From assembly GCF_009914755.1 (NCBI RefSeq), contig NC_060929.1: a stretch of DNA of 64,000 bases. One strand, written 5' to 3'. This DNA comes from the human T2T-CHM13v2.0 reference genome, Homo sapiens. The position numbers were made by a program, and so were the translations under genes. Positions within the stretch are counted from its first letter, which is position 1. Every line of letters starts with the position of its first letter. The notes beneath the pieces were generated by a model. That model did not search any database. It was not told where the DNA came from and saw nothing but the letters and a program-made list of their open reading frames with translations. Below, in pieces: positions 13,086 to 24,030 of this stretch.

Positions 13086-13887
13086 TTTTAATAACTTGTA
13101 CTCATTTCTAACAAATGTATTGTCACTTGATTAATTCAATTTTCTAAGAAACAAAATACACTCAAACCACTTTTGAATACTCTCTTCAGGGATCTAAGCC
13201 AGGGACTACCACATAGTTAAATCGACCCACTAATGAGATCATTTTGTCAACTTGGTATTTAATTTTCATGGGATCCAGTCCAAGACAGGCCCACTACTCT
13301 GGAGCTTCTCTTTATAACTTGAAGCACTCTATCAGGTTTCCATTATTTTATGGGTGGGCTTAGCATTATTGGGAAGATAAAGGAAACAATAGAACCTAGG
13401 ACAGAATAGAAGGTGAGAGCATTGCATATGGGCACTCTTGAATGGACAGGGGCATTCTGCTGCTGAAATTCCTCGAATGTGTTCTTTACTAGAAGAAAAA
13501 AATATGTATTTTTCCATAAATAGACAATTTCTCACTCACAGGAGGCTGAACAAGACACCGGTTTTCCATCTCACTATTGAATTGGCAAGGAATCCAGTAA
13601 ATAACAAACAGAACAAAAAATTCTCTCTCTTTATTTAATAAATAAAATGCAGGAAGGAAGTTAACACAAATGGGGACTCTTAAAATGAAATAACCATGGT
13701 GGGGCCCAGCCCATCTGGTTGTCTGTCTCATGTTGCATGGAAGAGGTCACTGTGGGGTCTGTCACATCAACTCTCTCTCCCTGGTGATGGAGACAGTCAA
13801 GCCTGTGTCCTGTAGTTCAACATGAGAGTGTGGGTGGCCCCACGGAGACAGGGTCATATCGAAGACACATCTCATTGATTGAATAGA

Positions 13888-14681
13888 AGACACACACACA
13901 CACAAACACACACAGACACACACACACAGACACACAGACACAGACACACACAGACACACACAGGCACACAGACACAGGCAGACATACACACAAATACATA
14001 CACAGACACAGACACACACGGACGACACACACAGACACAGATACACACAGACACACTTAGACACAAATGCAAAAGCACACACAAACACACACAGACACAG
14101 ACACAGGCAGACACAGACACACACAGACCCAGACACACAGAGACACACACACAAACACACACAGGCACAGACACACACAGACACACACAGGCACACAGAC
14201 ACAGGCAGACATACACACAAATACATACACAGACACAGACACACACGGATGACACACACAGACACAGATACACACAGACACACTTAGACACAAATGCAAA
14301 AGCACACACAAACACACACAGACACAGACACAGGCAGACACAGACACACACAGACCCAGACACACACAGACACACACACAAACACACACAGGCACACACA
14401 CAGACACAGGCAGACATACACACAGACACAGACACACACGGACGACACACACGGACACAGATACACACAGACACACTCAGACACACACACAAAAGCGCAC
14501 ACACAAACACACATAGACACACACACAGACACAGGCAGGAATACACACAGACACAGGCAGAAACACATACAAACATGTAGACACACACACAAACACATAC
14601 ATAGACACACACAGACATGCACACAGACATAAAGAAATACACACACACACAGACACACACACAAACACACACACATAAACA
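13888..14681. repeat. Complex CA/CAGA-rich repeat with higher-order ~227-bp duplication
   Basis: Marker cacttagacacaaatgcaaaagc occurs at ~14054 and ~14281, with a diverged third copy at ~14474. Confidence 0.95.
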
Positions 14682-14694
14682 TGTCATTATTAAT

Positions 14695-14798
14695 TCTTCC
14701 AAATTGAACTCATTGATAATGTGGTCTCTTGGATACTCAAATAACATCTTCCAAATTGAACTCATTGAAAACGCAGTCTCTTGGATACTCGAACAGCA
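14695..14798. repeat. 52-bp tandem duplication (2 copies)
   Basis: tcttccaaattgaactcattga..gtctcttggatactc starts at 14695 and 14747. Confidence 0.92.
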
Positions 14799-15092
14799 TG
14801 ATTCCTTGGCTCTATTCTCCAAATAATTTGTCTTTGGCCAAACCTCTGAAAAAATCAGTTTTAAAATTTCCTCTTAAAAGCATAAGGGACTTAGCTCTAT
14901 CCACGAAGAGATGTGTGATCCCTGGCTAGCATTTCTTCCAGCATAAACTGCAGTGCGACCATCTTTCATCAGGCTTTGACCCCCAGCAATCATACTGTAG
15001 CTCCGTTATGTGGGCTGCCCCATTTCTTCATCAGAGACTGGGCCCACTCCAGGAAACTTGCGGGGCCTTCTCTTCACACATGATGGAGCCAG

Positions 15093-15129
15093 GCATTGGT
15101 GGTACAGTGGTGAGCATAGCTGCCTTCCA
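15093..15129 (+). pseudogene. tRNA-Gly(TCC) 5'-half tailless retropseudogene
   Basis: GCATTGGTGGTACAGTGGTGAGCATAGCTGCCTTCCA matches 35/37 nt of human tRNA-Gly-TCC as recalled and stops just after the anticodon. It is flanked by direct repeat atgatggagcc (15080-15090, 15131-15141). Confidence 0.9.
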
Positions 15130-15768
15130 GATGATGGAGCCGTAAAGCAGAGTGGCAAGCACAGTTGGGGTCCTGCTTCCCCACGTGGCCTGATGAGGCT
15201 CCACCAAATACTCCAGGCTACACCACCACACCAAACACTCAAGAGTCTGATATGAGGACTCTGAGGCACTGGGTTCAATATGCCCCTCTGCTGTTTTTTG
15301 TTTGTTTGTTTTCCTTTTACTTGCAACAATCCTCAGAGAAGTGCTGCCTTCCAATGGTCCAAAGATTAAGCTTCCCTGCTGTAGTAATCAGCAAAGAGAG
15401 GCTTTTAGCAGCGGCTATGATGACAGTCTCGGGAGCTCAGTGGCCACTGGCTTTTGTCCTGGTGTCCCTTGAGCTCCCAGTTACTCCAAGGGGAACAGGA
15501 GGGTAGCCCGAATGCTGAGCAGTTGCTCATTCATGCTTCAGAAGAAAGATTTCTGGACTCTCAAGCAGAACCCTGGTCTCCCCTTTGCAGAGTCTGGAAA
15601 GCATATCTTCTTCCCAGCCAAATCAATCCAAATTGCATGAATGGACATCATTCTCCCAGCTCACACAGAAAACAAGGTGTGTGCTTACAGTATTGATTAC
15701 AACATTGTCTTATAGAATAAATTAAAGCTTGATCGCAATATTGTGATTGCATTTGGTGCTTTTTAAAA

Positions 15769-15945
15769 AATGTGTGTCAAAAGAAGTCAGCATCCTGAGA
15801 GCTCCAGCAAAGGCCAGGTGCAAAGTCCCAAAGGGACCAAGCCAGGCCGCTCCTGGGCATCAAGTTTAATTTTCAACTAGACCCAGATTCATAACACAAA
15901 GCTGGACTGAGGAGTCCTTCCTATGTTTAGACCAATGCCTGAAGA
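15769..15945 (+). repeat. Diverged dispersed duplication, copy 1 (partner 16990-17168)
   Basis: Shared collinear blocks aatgtgtgtcaaaa, cccaaagggaccaagccagg, gtttaattttca.ctagac.caga, acaaagct, aggagt and atgcctg.aga. Confidence 0.85.
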
Positions 15946-16379
15946 CCCGAAGCTGGCTGAAGCAGCCATGTCTTTTCAATGGTGGGGGCACTGCAATATG
16001 TAAGTGATAACTCCCAGCTCCAGGATGGGGCTAGGTAAATATTCAGAATTTATAAGAAGGCCCGGCCAGCACTCAGCTCAACATCCAGCACCTCCCATGG
16101 CCCAAAGTGGGAGTGAGACTTTTCTCACCATTCTCAGGAAGTCTTCCCTCTGGCCAGGTAAAGACAAGGTCATCTCAGCTAATGAGAGATGCCTGTCTCC
16201 GTGTGGTCCAGATGTCAGCCAGGAGAGACAGCTACAACTAAGCTGACATTGCAGCTGCCAACTGCCATGAGCACTGCAGTGACGCCTTCCCTCTCCAATC
16301 AGGTCACTCTGGAAATTGTTGGATGTCATCTGTGTGCTTATATGGATTGAGGGGCTTCTCCATGTGAGTGCCTGTGTAT

Positions 16380-16380
16380 T

Positions 16381-16411
<31 letters not shown>

Positions 16412-16424
16412 TTGTGTGTGTGTG
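16380..16424. repeat. (TC)n(TG)n compound microsatellite
   Basis: Seen directly. Confidence 0.92.
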
Positions 16425-16989
16425 CATAAGATAAATTGCATTTCAGAGAACAGAGAGCAGAGCCTCCTGTGCAGTGTGTCCGAGGGTATCCCTGCAGGGC
16501 CGGGCGGCTGACTCCCCACCGCTGGGACTTCTACCTACAGTTCCTCAGGGGCTGCCAGTCCATGAATGACCCATCTCTAAAAAGAATGGCTTTTACCTTT
16601 GCTTTTTATAGTCAGCTTATCTTTCTCACCAGTCTATATATAAATCGTTATCTTGCATTAAATTCGTTCAAGTTCAAAAAGTAAATCAGTAATTCTGCAG
16701 CAAAAACCAGTAGGATGCATGAAAATGAACACACTCCTTTTCATCCATCTTTATTCATGGCCCTTTCCAAGTACTTTAGAGGCAATGATTGTTCCTCTCA
16801 ACCCAATGAAATTTAGAAGAGAAAAGGGATGTAAGCCTTCAATCATGTACCTTAAACTCCAAGAAACAATCTCAATGGATGTTCACCTGTCTAGAGAAGC
16901 TCATTTGTTTACCAGGCTTGCTCATGTAAAGCGAAAACAGATTCCTTAGGCTTTTTAAATATTCTAACTACATTCTTTGTAATATTTTT

Positions 16990-17168
16990 AATGTGTGTCA
17001 AAAAGAATAAACAGCCTGAGTGCAATCATAAAGGTCAGATGCAAAGCGCTATTGATCTGTGACCCAAAGGGACCAAGCCAGGCTGCTTGTGAGCATCACG
17101 TTTAATTTTCAGCTAGACTCAGAAGTGGAATACAAAGCTCAGCCAAGGAGTATCCAGATGCCTGGAGA
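16990..17168 (+). repeat. Diverged dispersed duplication, copy 2 (partner 15769-15945)
   Basis: Same collinear blocks; the 20-bp identical core is at 17063-17082 versus 15827-15846. Confidence 0.85.
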
Positions 17169-18496
17169 TTTTGAAAGGTGTTTAAGGGAGATTCAAATTT
17201 TGATTAGATCTTGGTTCTGGTCCTTAAGTCTTCAGAGTAAACAGACAATGGTAGTGTATTTCAAGGATATGTTTCCGAAGGCCCTCTCAGAGCATGGGTT
17301 ATTAAAAATCTATGCTCGTTTGTAGAGGAGTGGGGTCCCTCTAAGACACCACTTCAAGGTCAGCCCCCGCTCTGGCCATGCTGATTGGGACACAGACCTT
17401 GTCACATCTGGCATCCCTTATCACCTTCACATGGCCATGAGCAGGTGTCCTGAGCTTGCTTCACTCGGCTGGGAAAGAAAGCCCAGCAGGGAATCCTGCT
17501 CCTTTCTGGTAGAGTCCGAGTAATAGCATCTCCAGCCCTGGTCAGCGTATCTCACCCTGATGTGGGATCCACCACCCGGCTGGAGGCTCTACTGTTCTGC
17601 TCCGGCATCATCATCACCTGCTCCACATTGCCAGGAATCTCGCCAGGTGGAAAGGGCCAGAACCCATACGTCCCTGGGGGGTGAGGGTTCTGGATCTAGA
17701 GGATTCTGGCCAGAAGGGTGGCCCCTCTTCCCTGGGCAGATTCAAAGCCAACAGCCATTTCTGGACTGATTAATATGTGTCCAGACCTTTGCTGGGTACA
17801 GCAGGCACCAATGAAGCATGAAGCCCACTCCCTGCCTTTAAGAGCTCAAAGAGGGTACCGAAAGGGCTCTCCTTGGGTTGGAGTTGGGGATTCCATACGT
17901 GCAGGATACCTGGACAGAAATGAAGAGAGAATATAATCAAGTGCAGGTGGCACTGAGTCTAGACACTGAGAACAACAGCATGGAATCCTCCAGGCCAGAA
18001 GGAGGATGTAGACATGATGTGCATGAACTCCTCACACCAGAATGCCGGAAAACAGGAATCTGGCATGGGCCCGTAGTGGGGAGTGCACCTAGGTAAATAG
18101 AGGATGGGTAGAAAGGCTTCAAGAGCCAGAATATATGTCACTTCAAAAGACCAGGAGCTTTTGAAAGTGCTTTAAGGAGGAGGTGACAGCTGGGCCAGGG
18201 CTCTGTAGGATGGGTCCCTTGGGAAGAAATTCATCAGGATGAACCTGGGTGAGCCTATGAGAAATTCCACAAGGTTCTGAACTCAGGAAAATGAGCTCAG
18301 TGAGGGGCACCTCACTGATTCCCCACCTCTTCTTATTTGGCCATATACTGATGCACTTTTTGTCCCAGTGTTCATAGTCCTAAGGATCTGAAGTGAAATG
18401 TACAATCTCTTCAGTGGTGAGTGGTGTCCATCTGCTCCCAGGTCCAAGGTCAAAATAAAGATCCCAACTTTCTTGTCCTAAATAGATCCTAATTAA

Positions 18497-18498
18497 AC

Positions 18499-18547
<49 letters not shown>

Positions 18548-18549
18548 CA
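18497..18549. repeat. (CA)n microsatellite with two CG interruptions
   Basis: Seen directly. Confidence 0.95.
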
Positions 18550-19754
18550 ATGTTTTCTGGTTTGAGGGAACTGTATTAGTAAGCATTTTCATGAGAAGCT
18601 GATTTCTTCTTAAACTTCAGTCTTTTAAAGTTTTCTGTTAGGAAACTGCTCTGTCTAAAATATGGGCCGTCAACATCATGTCTGCCCAAGGAGGAAAACA
18701 GTTGTACCCTGAATGAGACTGTGCCCTGAACCCAAGGTACTGGCAGGGCCTTGGGGTCTGTTGGTGGTGAGGGGCACCTGCTGCAGGTCCTTAAATTGGA
18801 TCTTGCATCCTCAGCACATTGTAGAGCACGTGTAGCCTAATGCTGCAAGTCCTTCTGGTTGGTGGCAGGGGCATCTCATCCCTGAGTTTGGAATAAGATA
18901 ATGATAACTGAGATAAGACTAGTTGGAAGAAAATAGTTTTCAAGCATTTACGGGAAATGTGTTGAGTGGTCCTGCAGATCAGTATGCTTGATTTGGGAAC
19001 ATATCATCTTCCTGTAAGACTCCAAAGCAGTATCTCTTTGAAATGTGTGAGTAAAACTTCTGGGGTTTGGATCACACAGCCAATTTAGGTCCATTAGAAC
19101 TCTCTTATCCCCGAGATGCACCTGGAAATGATAAAAAAAAATCTAGCTGCCTATTATGAGTAATGTTGGCAAAGTTTTCCAAGATTTTTACAGTTCAGCT
19201 CTAGCACAGCTGAAGCAGAGGGATCAGCTTTCAACAACAAAAGTGGGAAATTTGCTGCAGAATCACTGCTCATGGCAGCCAGATTTATTGCTCCAGTATC
19301 TCAGAAACGACAATTAAAAACCACAAGTTTGTCCATTTTTAAAAAACCACAAGTTTGTCCATTGTCATTCTTGCTACTACTTTGACACACATCCACTAAA
19401 CATTCTAGAAACAAAGAAGGGGAGCTCACACAGCCTCTGAGAAACCATCCTGAGCATGAAAAATATGCATATCAGAGAGGACGTTTGGAAATCTTTTTTG
19501 CATCCTGAGCTAGTAGAAACGTTTTCATTAAAAACTTCAGACACTTCTACAAATGTAGAGTCCTATGTTTCCTTATTAAATGTATGGCTCTGCCTCTTTA
19601 CAGAAAAGAAAAATTTCTAAACGAGTGATGAACTGGATGTGACCTCTTGCAGTGGGGCAGAGTGGCCTTGTGGGGGAATGAAGCAAGGAGGATCAGGAGC
19701 CCTCCTGGAGCCCTGCGGGGTCTGCAGAGCCAGAGTCTTTCTGTGACAAGTGAG

Positions 19755-20137
19755 CATGTGCATGTATGTGCCTGTGCATGCCTGTGTGGAGGGGTGTGGA
19801 TGTGTGTGTTTGTGTGTGCATGTATATGCCTCTGCATATCTGTGTGGAAGGGTATGGATGTATGTGTGTGTGTGCCTGTGTGGAGAAGTGTGCATGCATG
19901 TGTGGGTGTGTACATGTATGTGCCTGTGCGTGTCTGTGTGAAGAGGTGTGGATGTATGTGTGTGTGTATATGTATATGCCTGTGCATATCTTGTGGAGGG
20001 GTGTTGATGTGTGTGTGTGTGGCTGTGTGTGCCTGTGTGGAGAAGGGTGCATGTGTGTGTGTGTGTACATGTATGTGCCTGTGTGAAGGGTTCTGCACGT
20101 GTGTGTGCATGGGTGTGCATGCTTGTGTGGGTGTGTG
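19755..20137. repeat. TG-rich complex repeat with ~57-bp subunits and ~150-bp higher-order period
   Basis: gt(g/a)catgtatgtgcctgtg recurs at ~19758, ~19910 and ~20065, with variants at ~19816 and ~19966. Confidence 0.9.
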
Positions 20138-20514
20138 AGCACCTGTTGGGGCCGGAGGGCTGGCACATGACTGGCCTTTGGGCCATCTACAGCCACCACT
20201 TCATAATGGAAAGGGGGTATGATAGGTGCAGGTTAGGAAAAGAAGGTGATGCCTTCCTTCCAACGGATGAACATGGACTTCATCTCTCTCCATGACTCGC
20301 TTCACCTGGCTGTAGTGAGCAGGTGCCCCTATAGATGCAGGGACCCTCCTCCACACAAACAGGGTAGGGTTGGGTGATGCTTCGACGTTTAGAGCAAGAG
20401 TACCCAGAGAAGGGTTTCGGCCCGTGGCCGCTTTGCTTGCTCCACCCAGAATATTACAAATTAGAGGCTCACGTGCATGATGTAATCAATAGCCACTCCC
20501 ACCAGATGGACTGA

Positions 20515-21129
<615 letters not shown>

Positions 21130-22489
21130 CTAAGCTTGTCCCACTCTGCAGCTTGGAAACACACAAAGAATGGTCAAAATCAGGCAGGGAGCACCTGCAG
21201 CTCATTGCAAAGGTGGCTGCGATCCTAACTTTGCTTGAGGAACTCTGATAGTTGAATGCAAGTTTAGCTTTGGATTGCAGCAACTTACTTTTTAAAGCAT
21301 GGGCAATAGAGAGGAGAACCATCTTCTGACATGGTCGGCACAGGCCTTCGGGGGCAGCTGTGATGGCAAATCTTTGAATGAGTATCCTGCGGGAGGATGA
21401 CAAGGACACTGAGTCAGCCAGGTATGAGGAGCCATCTCTGGCTGGACTTACACAACATTTCTCTCCACCCTTCTTTGATTATTGACTTAAATCGGTGTTG
21501 TTGGAGGGAAGAAACACACGGAGAAGAATATGCCACGCAGGGCATCCATAATTAAAGTCCAGATTCAATGGGAGTGTCTCCCCGCCTTGCAGCAAGCTTT
21601 GTCATCCTGCAGGAGGAACACAAGCCTCGCGGTGTAGAGAAAAGTTAAACAATTGTCAGCGGAAGGCAGATGAGGCTTTATTGAATGCCTGTATTACTAA
21701 TGCATGAAGAGGTGCTGTGCTGAGCACAGAAGATACAATCATTGCTTTAATCATGGTACAAGTTTTATCACCAATAGCCCCATTAAACATCAAGAGCAGG
21801 GCAGGCTTGCTCCAAGGCAGGGAGCTCGTGTGGTTTCAGGAAAATCAGGGAGCCAGGATCATTCGGATGCCAGCGATCCCGGCCGGAGGGTCACCCGGGT
21901 AGAGCGAGAGGGCTAGTGTTACCACCTCGAGGACAGAGGAGAGGTGAGGATTCAGGCCCAGCGGGAGCTGGGGTCAAGGAGAGGCTGCCATGCAAATGAC
22001 TCCATCACCTTCAGTCGGCACCTGGGGCCTGGCCTCCTCCCTTCCCCCAGGCCCAACCTGGGCAGGTTAGAGAAGAAAACGGAAAGGAAGGAGAGGCCAG
22101 CCCCTGTGGGCACTTGTTCTTCTTACCTGCTGCTTGCAGGGAGAATGGTTTGGGGCTGGGGAGTGGACGGTGCCAAGAATATTCTCCTGTCCCCGTGTTC
22201 TCAACACATCAGTTTAGGGTCTGGCCTGTCTCCAGGACATGCTCTTTCTCTCCCTGGCCCCTCTACTGGGGACTTAGTGGGCACACAGTCAGTTTCTGAC
22301 TCTGGCTGCTGGGCAGACTCCGACCCTTGGGTGAGGGGTCTTCAGACATAGATCTTGGGGATGCTTGGAAACACCATTATCCATGGGACAGACAAGCCCT
22401 GACACGGCTTCCTCGATAGTTTTACTGACTTTTGTCTCCATCAGACTGAACCCTAGAGAAGCCAGGACTGGGGAAAGCTAGCAGGTGCC

Positions 22490-22827
22490 CACCTCAGGCA
22501 CAGGCAAGGGACATGACACACCCGGCCATGAGATAAATCACATTCAGTGCCATATTAAAAAAAAATTAATGCAAACAAAAGTCCATTATCAACAAAGTAT
22601 CAAGTTTTTCAATACAAACAGGATCCATGACAGTCCTGCACTGAGTCACAAGGAAGCCTGAAGTCAAGGTGAAAAAATCAGCAATTTGGATCCTGTATTT
22701 ATGCCACGTTCTTATATTTTTGTCCATCATGGATATTTTGCATTAATTTAGACATTTTAAAATATTGCATTAAAATATTATACATTTGGGAGACTGAGTG
22801 TTTTGGCAGTCTTTAAATGCACCCGAG
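22490..22827. mobile_element. MER96B-like palindromic hAT MITE
   Basis: Long imperfect inverted arms (aaattaatgcaaa..tccattatcaacaaagtatc..caggatcc / ggatcctg..atatttttgtccatcatgga..tttgcattaattt) surround gaagcctgaagtcaagg. Confidence 0.75.
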
Positions 22828-24030
22828 TGTTACAGGTTGACTTGCTTCCCCAAAACATTCATGAGAAAATTGTAACCCCCAGTACCTCAGAATGCAGCCA
22901 TACTTAGAAGTAGGGTTGTCGCACAAAAGATAACACGTGTTGGTGAGGATGTGGAGAAAGAGGAACACTTACACGCTGTTGGTGGGAACATAAACTAGTA
23001 CAACCACTGAGGAGAGTAGTGCAGAATTTCCTCAAAACACTAAAAATCGAGCTACTAAAAAATCCCACTGCTGGGTATTTATCCAAAGGAAAGGCAATCA
23101 GTATTTCAAAAGGACTCTATCAAAAGACTATCACCTGCACTCGCAATAGTCAAGACATGGTGTCCCCCTAAAGGCCGATCTACAATGAATGGATAAAGCA
23201 CATGTGCTGTATGTACACGGTGGAATAGTATTCAGCCATGAAAAGAATAAAATCTTGGCATTACAGCAACGTGGATGAACCTGGAAGACTTTATGTTAAG
23301 TATTTGCTTTTCAGTCTCAGAAAGGCAAATGCCTTGTGATTTCACTTTTATGTGGGATCTAAAAAAGTTGATCTCCTAGAAGTAGAAGAAGAACAGTAGG
23401 GACCAGAGGCTGGTGGAGTGGTGGGTGGCAGAGAGGGGTTGGTCAGTGGATACAAAGTTAGAAGGGAGGAATAAGTTCTGGGGTTCCATTGCACAGTGGG
23501 GTAACTAGAGTTAGCAATGATGTACTATGTATTTCAGAATATGGCTGGAAAGGATTTTGAGTGTTCTCAACACAAATAAGGGATGGATGATAATTCCCTG
23601 GATTTGATCATTACACAATGTGTGCCCCATAAATATGTACAATTTTTATTTGTTAATTGAAAATAAAACTTCAAAAATAAAGGAAATAGGGTCATTGCAG
23701 ATGTCATTAGTTAAGATGAGGTCATACTAGAGTGGGTGGACCTAATCCACATGATCGATGTCCTTATCAAAAGGGGGACTTGGGCACAGAGACAGACACA
23801 CACGGGAGAGCACTGTGAAGATGGAGCAGAGGTGAGGTGAGGCTTCCACAAGCCAAGGAACAGCAATGATTGCAGGAATCCACTAGAAGGTAGGAGAGGG
23901 TCCCAGGAGAGTTTCTTCCTCACAGCCTCAGGAGGAAGGAGCCTGCCTGCCAAAACCTGCCTCTCAGGCTTCAGGGCTCCAGAGCTGCGAGGCTATGGGT
24001 CCCTGCTGTTCCAGCCCTCCATGCAGGTGG
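22828..24030 (+). mobile_element. MLT1C-like MaLR solo LTR split by an L1MA insertion
   Basis: 5' part tgttacaggttga..taacccccagtacctcagaatg. The LTR resumes at 23682 with ggaaatagggtcattgcagatgtcattagttaagatgaggtcatac..acaagccaaggaac..ctccagagctgcgag. Confidence 0.85.
22924..23681 (+). mobile_element. 5'-truncated L1MA (about MA4-MA8) 3' end
   Basis: tgttggtgaggatgtggagaaagaggaacact..aatcccactgctgggtatttatccaaaggaa..ggaggaataagttct and an A-rich tail; degenerate TSD agaagtagggttgtcgca / ggaaatagggtcattgca. Confidence 0.9.

Noticed and set aside
13762-14822. Long Cys/Val and His/Thr ORFs (up to 316 aa)
   Set aside because: They are translations of the CA/TG repeat. The same applies to the ORFs at 19598-20199 and 52402-52833.
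20498-20513. CTCF-like motif ccaccagatggact
   Set aside because: It mismatches a key core position, and a single motif cannot be supported without ChIP data.
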